Positions 1 to 8,758 of a DNA stretch of 64,000 nt are shown here, piece by piece; position 1 is the stretch's first letter; each line of letters starts with the position of its first letter. The position numbers and the translations under genes are program-made. Origin of the DNA: Sneathiellales bacterium. GTDB taxonomy: Bacteria > Pseudomonadota > Alphaproteobacteria > JANQFL01. The notes under the pieces were generated by a model. It was not told the DNA's origin, ran no database searches, and worked only from the letters and a program-made list of their open reading frames with translations. The stretch covers positions 5,553-69,552 of the forward strand of contig JANQFL010000075.1 of assembly GCA_028277845.1 (NCBI GenBank), in the 5' to 3' direction.

Positions 1-544
1 TCATTTTCCGCACCAGTTTTCCGGTGGCATGCGACAGCGGGTGGTCATCGCCCTGGCGCTGTGCGCCGAACCGCGCCTGATCATTGCCGACGAACCGACC
101 ACGGCGCTCGACGTCTCGATCCAGGCCCAGATCATCACTCTGCTCAAGCGCTTGTGCCGCGAGCACCGCACGGCCGTCATGCTGGTCACCCACGATATGG
201 GCGTCATCGCCGAAGCGGCGCAGCGGGTGGCCGTGATGTATGCCGGTCGCATCGCCGAAATCGGTCCCGTGCAGGATGTGGTCAAACGGGCCAAGCATCC
301 CTACACACACGGCTTGATGGGATCGATCCCGCATGTCGGTCATGCCGCCGAGAAGTTGACACAGATCGACGGTTCCATGCCGCGGCTGACCGAAATTCCA
401 CAAGGCTGCGCCTTCAATCCACGCTGCACCAGGGTGTTTGACCGCTGCCGAGCCGAGCGGCCCGATCTGCAGCCGGTGGACGGGTCGGAAGTGGCGTGCT
501 GGTTGTTCGAGGAAGAGGAAAAGAAGGTTGGCTACGGTGACTGA
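1..544 (+). CDS. Dipeptide/oligopeptide ABC transporter ATP-binding protein (DppD/OppD-like), 5' end outside window
   Basis: The frame is open from position 2: FSGGMRQR signature, Walker B IIADEPTTALD, H-loop THDMG and an oligopeptide-type C-terminal tail (GCAFNPRC..RC). Stop at 542-544. Confidence 0.85.
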   Translation, partial: HFPHQFSGGMRQRVVIALALCAEPRLIIADEPTTALDVSIQAQIITLLKRLCREHRTAVMLVTHDMGVIAEAAQRVAVMYAGRIAEIGPVQDVVKRAKHPYTHGLMGSIPHVGHAAEKLTQIDGSMPRLTEIPQGCAFNPRCTRVFDRCRAERPDLQPVDGSEVACWLFEEEEKKVGYGD

Positions 545-1580
545 ACAAGCGGTCAGAACACGCCGTACCGTCGCCAGCGGCGACGAAACGGTGCTCCACG
601 TCGATGAACTGGTGCGCTATTTCGACGTTTCGCCGCCGTTCCTCAATCGCGTGATCGAACGGTCGGGCCGCCAGTTGGTCAAGGCCGTCGACGGCATCAG
701 TTTCGACATCAAGCGCGGCGAGACGTTTTCGCTGGTCGGTGAATCGGGCTGCGGCAAATCCACGGTCGCCCGGCTTGTCGTCGGCCTCTATCAGCCGACC
801 GCCGGATCGTTGATGTTCGAAGGAACGGAACTGGCCGATCATAAGGACCGCCTGCGCGTGCCGGAAATCCAGTCGCGCATGCAGATGATCTTTCAGGATC
901 CCTATGCCTCGCTCAACCCCCGTTGGCGTGTGAGCGACATCATCGCCGAGCCGATCACGGCCCGCAGATTGATTTCCGACAGGCCGCAGGTCAAGCAGCG
1001 GGTCGGCGAATTGCTGACCCAGGTTGGTCTCTCGCCGGCGGATGGCGAAAAGTACCCGCACGAGTTTTCCGGCGGCCAGCGCCAGCGTATTTCCATTGCC
1101 CGGGCCCTGGCCGGCGAGCCGGAATTCCTGGTGTGCGACGAGCCGACGTCGGCGCTCGATGTCTCGGTTCAGGCGCAGATCCTCAATCTGATGAAGGAGC
1201 TGCAGCTCACCTACAATTTGACCTATCTGTTCATCTCGCACGACCTGGCTGTCGTCTATCACGTCTCCACCAAGGTCGGCGTGATGTATCTCGGCCGGCT
1301 GGTCGAATGGGCGGACAAGAAGACGCTGTTCGAGAAGCCGCGCCATCCCTATACGCGCATGCTGCTTGATGCCATCCCCGACCTGGAAATGACCGGCCGG
1401 GCCCGCACGCCGGTGGCGGGCGAGGTGCCGAGCCCGATCAATCCGCCCAGCGGCTGCCCGTTTCATCCGCGCTGTCCCCATGCGGAGGACCGCTGCACGC
1501 GCGAGCGTCCGACGGCGTTGGAATTGAACGACGGTGCGCACGTGGCCTGCCACGCGGTGGAGGAAAACCGCATCAGTTGA
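537..1580 (+). CDS. Dipeptide/oligopeptide ABC transporter ATP-binding protein (DppF/OppF-like)
   Basis: GTG 537 overlaps the upstream stop (GTGA coupling). Walker A GESGCGKST, signature FSGGQRQR, Walker B LVCDEPTSALD, C-terminal GCPFHPRCP motif. Confidence 0.85.
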   Translation: MTEQAVRTRRTVASGDETVLHVDELVRYFDVSPPFLNRVIERSGRQLVKAVDGISFDIKRGETFSLVGESGCGKSTVARLVVGLYQPTAGSLMFEGTELADHKDRLRVPEIQSRMQMIFQDPYASLNPRWRVSDIIAEPITARRLISDRPQVKQRVGELLTQVGLSPADGEKYPHEFSGGQRQRISIARALAGEPEFLVCDEPTSALDVSVQAQILNLMKELQLTYNLTYLFISHDLAVVYHVSTKVGVMYLGRLVEWADKKTLFEKPRHPYTRMLLDAIPDLEMTGRARTPVAGEVPSPINPPSGCPFHPRCPHAEDRCTRERPTALELNDGAHVACHAVEENRIS

Positions 1581-1621
1581 CCGGTCGCATTGCGGGGCCG
1601 GTCCTATTGGAGGGGGTATCC

Positions 1622-2425
1622 ATGCCGACACTGACGGTCAACGGCGCGACATTGCACTACACGGACGAGGGCGGCGGGCCGGAAACCATCGTCTTTTCCC
1701 ACGGCCTGCTGTTCAGCGGCGCCATGTTCGAAGCCCAGGTGGCCGGGTTCAAGGACCGCTACCGCTGCATCACCTTCGATCACCGCGGCCAGGGCGGCAG
1801 CGAGGTCACGGCGTCCGGTTACGACATGGACACGCTGACCGAGGACGCCGCCGCGCTGATCGAGGCGCTCGATGCCGGTCCCTGTCATTTCGCCGGCCTG
1901 TCCATGGGCGGCTTCGTCGGCATGCGGCTGGCCATCCGCCGGCCCGAATTGCTCAAGTCGCTCGTCCTGATCGAAACTACCGCCGATCCGGAACCGCCGG
2001 AAAACGTGCCGCGCTACAAGACCCTCAATTTCGTCGCCCGCTGGTTCGGCCTGGGGCTCGTGATCAACAAGGTCATGCCCATCATGTTCAGCCAGTCGTT
2101 CCTCAACGACCCGTCCCGCGAGGCCGACAAGCGCAAATGGCGCTCCTTGATCCTGTCCAACCACCGCATCGGTATCACCCGGGCGGTTCGCGGCGTGACC
2201 GACCGGCAGGGGGTGTACGAACAACTGGGTAAGATCGGCCTGCCGACCCTGATCATCGTCGGCGAGGAGGACACGGCGACCGTGCCGGAGAAATCCGACC
2301 GCATGCACGCCGCGATCAAGGGGTCGGAACTGATCCGCGTTCCCCGCGCGGGTCACAGTTCGACGGTCGAGGAACCCGCCGCCGTCAACGAGGCGCTCGA
2401 GAATTTCCTCGGACGGCTGTCCTGA
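1622..2425 (+). CDS. Alpha/beta-fold hydrolase
   Basis: Starts MPTLTVNG. HGLLFSG oxyanion region, nucleophile elbow GLSMGG, C-terminal AGHSS histidine motif. Length (~267 aa) is typical. Confidence 0.8.
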   Translation: MPTLTVNGATLHYTDEGGGPETIVFSHGLLFSGAMFEAQVAGFKDRYRCITFDHRGQGGSEVTASGYDMDTLTEDAAALIEALDAGPCHFAGLSMGGFVGMRLAIRRPELLKSLVLIETTADPEPPENVPRYKTLNFVARWFGLGLVINKVMPIMFSQSFLNDPSREADKRKWRSLILSNHRIGITRAVRGVTDRQGVYEQLGKIGLPTLIIVGEEDTATVPEKSDRMHAAIKGSELIRVPRAGHSSTVEEPAAVNEALENFLGRLS

Positions 2426-2428
2426 CGG

Positions 2429-3874
2429 TCAGTCGGAGCCCTGACGATTGTAGACATCGTCGAAGCGGACGATGTCGTCCTCGCCGAGATAGCTGCCCGA
2501 CTGCACCTCGATGATATCGAGCGGCACCTTGCCGGGGTTTTCCAGCCGGTGGGCCGTGCCGATGGGGATGTAAACGGACTCGTTTTCGCTCAACAGTTTG
2601 ATGTCCTCGCCGCAGGTGACCTTGGCGGTGCCCCGCACCACGACCCAGTGTTCCGCCCGGTGGTGATGCATCTGTAACGAAAGAGCGGCGCCCGGTTTGA
2701 CCATCAGGTGCTTGACCTGGTAGCGGTCGCCCGTGTCGATGGATTCGAAGAACCCCCACGGCCGGTAGTCGCGCACATGGGCGTCGTGCTCGGTGCGGCC
2801 GCGGCGCTTGATGTCCTCGACGATGTCCTTGACGTCCTGGGCCCGGTCGCGCGTCGCCACCAGCACGGCGTCGCGGGTCTCCACCACGACCAGGTTTTCC
2901 ACGCCGATGGCGGCGACCATGCCGCTTTCGGCCCGCAGGTAGGAGTTCTTGACGTCGTGGCTCAGCACGTCGCCGGAGAACACGTTGCCGTGGCTGTCCC
3001 GGCCGCCGATATCCCAGAGCGCGTCCCACGACCCGACGTCGTTCCAGCCGATGTCGACGGGAATGACGGCCGCGTGTTCGGTATGCTCCATGACCGCGTA
3101 ATCGATCGACAATGACGGGCTGGCGGCGAACCGGTCTTCGTTCAGCCGCAGGAAGTCGAGGTCCGCTTCCGCCTGTTCGACGGCTTCGGCGCAGCACGCC
3201 GCCATGTCGGGCTGCAAGGCCGCCAGTTCCTCCAGATAGCGGTCGGCGCGAAACACGAACATGCCGCTGTTCCAGGCATAGTCGCCGGACGCCAGATACC
3301 TCTCGGCCGTCGCTTCATCGGGTTTCTCGACGAACTCGGCCACGGCGTAGCTGCCGTCGTGGCCGGCGATGGCGTCGCCGTGGCGGATATAACCGTAACC
3401 GGTGTGCGGTTCCGTCGGCGTAATGCCGAACGCCACGAGATAGCCGTCCCGGGCCAGGTTTCCGGCCGCTTCCACCGCGGTCAGAAAGCGGCCGGCGTGG
3501 CGGATGGCGTGATCGGCGGGCAGGACCGCCATGATGGCGTCGGGGTCGTCGCGCAGCAGCATGTGGGCCGCGGCTGCGACGGCGGGCGCGGTGTTGCGTC
3601 CCACCGGTTCCAGGACTATGGCGGCCGGCGCCTGGCCGATTTCCCGCATCTGCTCGGCGATGACGAAGCGGTGGTCGTTGTTGCAGACCACGACCGGCGC
3701 GGCCGAGTCCGGCAGGTCGGCCAGCCGCGCGGCGGTTTCCTGGATCATGGTACGGTCCGCCGTCAGGGCCAGTAGCTGTTTGGGATAACTGGCGCGGGAC
3801 AGGGGCCACAGCCGTGTGCCCGTGCCGCCCGACAGGATGACCGGATGAATATGACTGCGCGTCGGTTTCGTCAT
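2429..3874 (-). CDS. manC: Mannose-1-phosphate guanylyltransferase / mannose-6-phosphate isomerase (bifunctional ManC/XanB/AlgA type)
   Basis: N-terminal ILSGGTGTRLWPLSR..YPKQ nucleotidyltransferase motif. C-terminal cupin with RPWG and HHHRAEHWVVV. ATG at 3874 preferred; an in-frame TTG at 3889 is possible. Confidence 0.9.
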   Translation of the reverse strand: MTKPTRSHIHPVILSGGTGTRLWPLSRASYPKQLLALTADRTMIQETAARLADLPDSAAPVVVCNNDHRFVIAEQMREIGQAPAAIVLEPVGRNTAPAVAAAAHMLLRDDPDAIMAVLPADHAIRHAGRFLTAVEAAGNLARDGYLVAFGITPTEPHTGYGYIRHGDAIAGHDGSYAVAEFVEKPDEATAERYLASGDYAWNSGMFVFRADRYLEELAALQPDMAACCAEAVEQAEADLDFLRLNEDRFAASPSLSIDYAVMEHTEHAAVIPVDIGWNDVGSWDALWDIGGRDSHGNVFSGDVLSHDVKNSYLRAESGMVAAIGVENLVVVETRDAVLVATRDRAQDVKDIVEDIKRRGRTEHDAHVRDYRPWGFFESIDTGDRYQVKHLMVKPGAALSLQMHHHRAEHWVVVRGTAKVTCGEDIKLLSENESVYIPIGTAHRLENPGKVPLDIIEVQSGSYLGEDDIVRFDDVYNRQGSD

Positions 3875-3957
3875 AGGGCTCGCAACCAATGAAAGTATGG
3901 GCCGAAGAGGGGGCTTGTGATCTTCAAGTACCCTGTCTCCCGGGTTCCTGCAATTGC

Positions 3958-3971
3958 TTGATTTCGATCAT
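3958..3971. promoter_or_regulatory. Candidate FNR/FixK-type box (TTGAT-N4-ATCAT)
   Basis: TTGATttcgATCAT differs at one position from the TTGAT-N4-ATCAA consensus. It lies ~110 nt upstream of the USP start in the manC/USP divergent spacer. Confidence 0.35.
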
Positions 3972-4080
3972 TGAATGAATTTGCTCAGTAAACACATAGT
4001 GTATCGAAAAGGTTTACCGAATATGTCTCCATTCCCGTTTTTGGGGCGTATTGTCAGTCTTTCCTAATGGGGTTCGGACC

Positions 4081-4905
4081 ATGGCGATTAAAAACATCCT
4101 CCTTCATCTCACCCGTGATCCGCGCAACGACGCGCGCATCAACGTCGCGATCAATATGGCCAAGGCGCACACTGCCCACATCACGGCGCTGTATGTCATC
4201 GCGCCGCCGGAAGTCCCGGCGTTCGTCATGGCTTACATCCCGGCCGATGTTCTGGAAAAGCAGCAGGCCGACGCCGAAGCCGAAGCCAAGAAGGTGGAAG
4301 AGGCCTTCACCGCGCTGTGCGACCGCGAAGGCGTGGCCAGCGAATGGCGTCTGGTCAACGGCGATTCCCGTTCGGTCACGGCCTTCCACGCCCACTATGC
4401 CGACCTGGTGATCGTCGGCCAGACGGCGCCGGCGGAGGAACGGGCCAACGGCACCGAAGACCTGGCCGACGAATTGATCCTCTCGAGCGGCCGTCCGGTC
4501 CTGGTCGTGCCCTATGCCGGCAAGTTCGACGTCATCGGCAGGACGGCCCTGGTGGCCTGGAACGGCACCCGCGAATCGGCCCGCTGCCTGCACGATGCCC
4601 TGCCGATCCTGGAGCAGGCGGACAAGGTCATCGTCTACGCCGTCAACGAATCCAGCGCCGACCACATCCCCGGCGCCGATATCTCGACCCATCTGGCCCG
4701 CCACGGCGTGACCGCGGAAGCCCACCACACGGTGGCCCGCGACATTTCCGTCGGCGACGCCCTGCTGGCGGCGGTGTCCGATTACGGCGCCGACCTGCTG
4801 GTCATGGGGGCCTACGGGCACTCCCGCGTGCGCGAATTGGCACTGGGTGGCGCCACCCGGGACATCCTCAACACGATGACGGTTCCCGCCATCATGTCCC
4901 ACTGA
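4081..4905 (+). CDS. Universal stress protein, tandem UspA domains
   Basis: Starts MAIKNILLHL. Two Usp repeats; the second ends in the ATP-binding-type motif GAYGHSRVRELALGGATRDIL. Confidence 0.85.
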   Translation: MAIKNILLHLTRDPRNDARINVAINMAKAHTAHITALYVIAPPEVPAFVMAYIPADVLEKQQADAEAEAKKVEEAFTALCDREGVASEWRLVNGDSRSVTAFHAHYADLVIVGQTAPAEERANGTEDLADELILSSGRPVLVVPYAGKFDVIGRTALVAWNGTRESARCLHDALPILEQADKVIVYAVNESSADHIPGADISTHLARHGVTAEAHHTVARDISVGDALLAAVSDYGADLLVMGAYGHSRVRELALGGATRDILNTMTVPAIMSH

Positions 4906-4935
4906 GTTTCTATCTGCCTCCTCTCGTTGCCTGAA

Positions 4936-4968
4936 GGCCTCCCGGTACTGCCGGGAGGTCTTTTCTTG
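4936..4968 (+). terminator. Rho-independent terminator after USP gene
   Basis: Perfect 8-bp stem cctcccgg / ccgggagg with loop tactg, followed by tcttttctt. Confidence 0.65.
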
Positions 4969-5107
4969 TCCGGTTTTGCGTGCCAATTTTCCGTGATGTG
5001 GGACGATTGCCAATTTGCTTTGACCGCCGGTCGCTGTAGTCTGGCGCCTCCCCGATCCGATGCAAAGCGGCGGGGGCGTTCAGACAGGTAACCGACCGGA
5101 GGACCGT

Positions 5108-6283
5108 ATGCCGATCATCAATCGGATCGCCGAGTTTCACAACGAAATGACCGCGTGGCGGCGTGATATCCACGCCCACCCCGAAACCGCGTTCGAGGAA
5201 GTCCGCACCGCCGACTTCGTCGCCGAGAAACTCGAATCCTTCGGTATCGACGTGCACCGTGGCCTGGCCAAGACCGGCGTGGTCGGCACGTTGAAGGCGG
5301 GCAATGGCGGCAAGTCCATCGGCCTGCGCGCCGACATGGATGCGCTCGACCTGCAGGAGCTGAACACCTTCGATCACAAATCCACCATCGACGGCAAGAT
5401 GCACGCCTGTGGCCACGATGGCCACACCACCATGCTGTTGGGGGCGGCCAAGTACCTGTCGGAAACCAAAAACTTCGACGGCACGGTGCATTTCATCTTC
5501 CAGCCGGCCGAGGAAAACGTCGCCGGCGGCCGGGTCATGGTGGAGGAGGGGCTGTTCGAGATGTTCCCCGTCGACGGCGTCTACGGCATTCACAACATGC
5601 CCGGCATCAAGGCCGGCAAGGTGGTGGTCCGGCCCGGGCCGATGATGGCGTCGGCCGATTTCTTCGAAGGCACCATCACCGGCGTCGGCGCCCACGGCGC
5701 CATGCCCCACCAGGGCATCGATCCGGTGGTCATCGCCTCGCAGATCGTTCTCGCCTGGCAGAGCATCGTCAGCCGCTCGACCGACCCGATGGAATCGGCG
5801 GTCATCAGCGTCACCCAGATCCACGGCGGCCACACCACCAACGTCATTCCCGAACAGGTCGTCCTGTCGGGCACGACCCGGGCGTTCCTGCCGGAAATCC
5901 AGGACATGATCGAGACGCGCATGAAAAGCATGGCGGAAGGCATCTGCGCCGCCCACGGCGCGACGTTCGCATTCGACTATGCCCGGCGCTATCCGCCGAC
6001 CATCAACACCGAGAAGGAAACCGCCATCGCCGCCGACGCGGCGGCCAAGGTGGTCGGTGGCGACAATGTGCTGCACGACGAACCACCGGTCATGGGTGCC
6101 GAGGATTTCGCCTGGATGCTGCGGGAGCGGCCGGGCAGCTACATCTGGATCGGCAACGGCGAGGCCGACCAGAAGGGCGGCTGTTCGGTGCACAATCCCA
6201 AATACGACTTCAACGACGACATCCTCACCGTCGGTGCCAGTTACTGGGCGTCACTGGTGCACGACGTACTGACAAGGGACTAA
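5108..6283 (+). CDS. M20D-family amidohydrolase (N-acyl-amino-acid / hippurate hydrolase-like)
   Basis: Starts MPIINRIAEFHNEM..WRRDIHAHPE. Metal-binding HACGHDGH and FQPAEE motifs. Confidence 0.85.
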   Translation: MPIINRIAEFHNEMTAWRRDIHAHPETAFEEVRTADFVAEKLESFGIDVHRGLAKTGVVGTLKAGNGGKSIGLRADMDALDLQELNTFDHKSTIDGKMHACGHDGHTTMLLGAAKYLSETKNFDGTVHFIFQPAEENVAGGRVMVEEGLFEMFPVDGVYGIHNMPGIKAGKVVVRPGPMMASADFFEGTITGVGAHGAMPHQGIDPVVIASQIVLAWQSIVSRSTDPMESAVISVTQIHGGHTTNVIPEQVVLSGTTRAFLPEIQDMIETRMKSMAEGICAAHGATFAFDYARRYPPTINTEKETAIAADAAAKVVGGDNVLHDEPPVMGAEDFAWMLRERPGSYIWIGNGEADQKGGCSVHNPKYDFNDDILTVGASYWASLVHDVLTRD

Positions 6284-7158
6284 GCACCGCCGTCTTCGGC
6301 GAGCCCCCGCGCCGTCGCGACAAACGCCTTCACGGCGCGTGTTTCCGCGCGCTCCTTGAGGCACACGACATATTCCTTGGTCTCCACTTTGGCGCCGCGG
6401 ATGTCCAGCGCCACCAGGCGGGGGTCGTGGCCCAGTTCCGGTTCGGCGACGACGCTGAAGCCAAGGCCCGCGGCCACGGCTTCGCGCACCGCCTCGCGGC
6501 TGCCGATGTCGAGCACGAAATCGGGTGTGACGCCGGCCTTGTCGAGGGCGGCCTCGAACAGTTTGCGGGTCGCCGAACCGCTTTCCCGGCGGATCATCGG
6601 CTGGCCTTCCATGTCCTGAACCCGGATCGTCTTTCGTTTGGCCCAGGGATGATCGCGGTTGACGAAGGCCACCACCCGGTGGCGGCCGAACGGCAGGGAC
6701 AGGAACCGTTCGTCACCGTCGTCCTCGGCCAGCACCGCCACGTCGGTGCGGTAGTCCAGAAGGCTGCGCCGGACCACGGCGCTGTTGCCGAGCGACACCG
6801 TCAGTTTCAGGCCGGGATAGTCGTTGCGGAACGCGGCGATGACGCCAATGACGTGATAAGGCCCGTCGGCGCCCACTCTGAGCCGCCCGCGCCGCATGCC
6901 GCCGACCGACGACAACAGGTCGTCGGTTTCTTCCTCCAAACGGAACATGCGCAGGGTTTGGGAATATAGGGCGGTGCCCGTGTCGGTCAGTTCCACGCGC
7001 CGGCCGCGGCGGTGGAACAGGTCGATGCCGTAGGTTTCCTCCAGCGCCTTGACCTGAAGAGTGACGGCCGGCTGGGTCAGGTTGAGCCGGTTGGCGGCGG
7101 CCGTGAAGCCGCCCTCGCTGGCCACCGCATGGAAGGCCCGGAGTTGTGCGTGATTCAT
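6280..7158 (-). CDS. LysR-family transcriptional regulator, divergent from phnW
   Basis: N-terminal HTH MNHAQLRAFHAVASEGGFTAAANRLNLTQPAVTLQVKALE plus a C-terminal substrate-binding domain. ATG 7158 preferred over the ORF-track start 7176. Confidence 0.85.
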   Translation of the reverse strand: MNHAQLRAFHAVASEGGFTAAANRLNLTQPAVTLQVKALEETYGIDLFHRRGRRVELTDTGTALYSQTLRMFRLEEETDDLLSSVGGMRRGRLRVGADGPYHVIGVIAAFRNDYPGLKLTVSLGNSAVVRRSLLDYRTDVAVLAEDDGDERFLSLPFGRHRVVAFVNRDHPWAKRKTIRVQDMEGQPMIRRESGSATRKLFEAALDKAGVTPDFVLDIGSREAVREAVAAGLGFSVVAEPELGHDPRLVALDIRGAKVETKEYVVCLKERAETRAVKAFVATARGLAEDGGA

Positions 7159-7184
7159 AAATCTGACATATCGCAAAGATAAGA

Positions 7185-7208
7185 ATTAGTAATTTGATTT
7201 ATACTAAT
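7185..7208. promoter_or_regulatory. Candidate LysR operator: perfect 7-bp inverted repeat ATTAGTA-N10-TACTAAT
   Basis: Read directly in the AT-rich LysR/phnW divergent spacer. It has T-N11-A-like architecture. Confidence 0.45.
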
Positions 7209-7302
7209 ACCCGTGGCCAAATCACGCAACGTCTTGCGGCCACAGGTACATTGAATTGGCACATTGAAATGGCGCAAGGAAAACCAGTCGAGGCGAGGCC
7301 GC

Positions 7303-8442
7303 ATGACCACCAACGAAACGGGAAACACCAACTACCTGCTGACGCCCGGTCCTCTGACCACGTCCCTGTCGATCAAGCAGGCGATGCTGCGCGACTGGGG
7401 CTCGCGCGATGCCGATTTCATTGCCTTGACGGCCCGCATCCGCGAACGCCTGCTTGCCGTTGCAAACGCATCCGACAGTCATGTCTGCGTTCCGGTTCAG
7501 GGCAGCGGCACATTTGCCGTCGAGGCCGCCTTGGGCACCGTGGTGCCATGGGACGGCAAGGTTCTGGTGCTGATCAACGGGGCGTACGGCCAGCGCATGG
7601 CACGGATCCTCGGCATCGTCGGCCGCGAGGTCGTGACGATCGAAAATGCCGAGAACGAGGTCAGCGATACGGCCGCGCTGGATGCCATGCTGGCGCGGGA
7701 CACGGCCATCAGCCACGTGGCCGCGGTGCACTGCGAGACCACATCGGGCATCCTCAATCCCATTCAGGAGATCGCCGATATCGTTGCCCGTCACGGCCGC
7801 AGTCTGCTGATCGATTCGATGAGCGCGTTCGGCGCCATCGATGTGGATGCATCCAAGGTCCGTTTCGACGTACTGATGGCGTCGTCCAACAAGTGTTTCG
7901 AGGGCGTGCCCGGGATGGGTTTCGCCCTGATCCGCCGATCGGTATTGGAAGGTTGCGAAGGCAACGCACACAGCCTTTCGCTGGATCTGTATGACCAGTG
8001 GCAGGCGTTGGAAAAGAACGGCCAGTGGCGCTTCACGCCGCCGACCCACGTGCTGGCGGCATTCGACCGGGCCTTGAGCGAACACGCCGACGAGGGCGGC
8101 GTGGCCGGGCGGCATGCGCGATATGCCGGCAATTGCGGAATCCTGGTCGACGGCATGCGGGCCATGGGATTCGAAACGCTGCTGCCGGACGATGTGCAGG
8201 CGCCGATCATCATCACGTTCCACACGCCGTCCGACCCCAAATTCGATTTCCAGGTGTTCTACGATTCGCTCAGTGATCGGGGTTTCGTCATCTACCCCGG
8301 CAAGTTGACCGTGGCCGACAGTTTCCGCATGGGCTGCATCGGCCGGCTGGGCGAGGACCAGATGCACGCCGCCCTGGACGCGGTCCGCGCAACGTTGTCC
8401 GAAATGGGGGTGACTCAATGCGGCCGCGCGCGGGCCGCGTGA
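7303..8442 (+). CDS. phnW: 2-aminoethylphosphonate--pyruvate transaminase
   Basis: Starts MTTNETGNTNYLLTPGPLTTS. Class-V aminotransferase fold with the PLP-lysine region SSNKCFEGVPG. Length ~379 aa, with an adjacent LysR as in known phnW loci. Confidence 0.8.
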   Translation: MTTNETGNTNYLLTPGPLTTSLSIKQAMLRDWGSRDADFIALTARIRERLLAVANASDSHVCVPVQGSGTFAVEAALGTVVPWDGKVLVLINGAYGQRMARILGIVGREVVTIENAENEVSDTAALDAMLARDTAISHVAAVHCETTSGILNPIQEIADIVARHGRSLLIDSMSAFGAIDVDASKVRFDVLMASSNKCFEGVPGMGFALIRRSVLEGCEGNAHSLSLDLYDQWQALEKNGQWRFTPPTHVLAAFDRALSEHADEGGVAGRHARYAGNCGILVDGMRAMGFETLLPDDVQAPIIITFHTPSDPKFDFQVFYDSLSDRGFVIYPGKLTVADSFRMGCIGRLGEDQMHAALDAVRATLSEMGVTQCGRARAA

Positions 8443-8758
8443 CCCGGACGGCAGGTTCGCCGTCGAGATTTGATTTGCCGGAAAGGAGTTGTGGAACAAT
8501 TCGAAACATGGGCTTCGACGCCACGCATGTGGTTCATTTGAGTGATCCATACGAGTGTGGTGGTCCTCTGCAGGACGGCAGCCGTCAGGAACACGAGACG
8601 AACGAAAAAACCCTGATGATTCATGCCGCTACGTCGGAACTGGACCCTGCCAGGTCGCAATCCGATTCTTGCAGTCACCTAATAAATGTTACAGATTGGT
8701 GACAATACGAAGTCAAAAACTGTGGGCATTTCCGGCACCGGTCATCCTTTTGCCGTGG

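Noticed and set aside
414-1631. 405-aa minus-strand ORF antisense to the DppF-like gene
   Set aside because: Arg/Ala/Gly-rich with no motif. This is a typical shadow ORF of high-GC DNA, and the sense strand carries complete ABC motifs.
4910-6193. 427-aa minus-strand ORF opposite the M20 amidohydrolase (and similar 4054..5013 opposite USP)
   Set aside because: No recognisable domain. The composition is that of antisense high-GC coding DNA, and the sense strand has HACGHDGH/Usp motifs.
7222-8550. 442-aa minus-strand ORF opposite phnW
   Set aside because: Shadow ORF; phnW on the plus strand has clear aminotransferase motifs and a sensible start.
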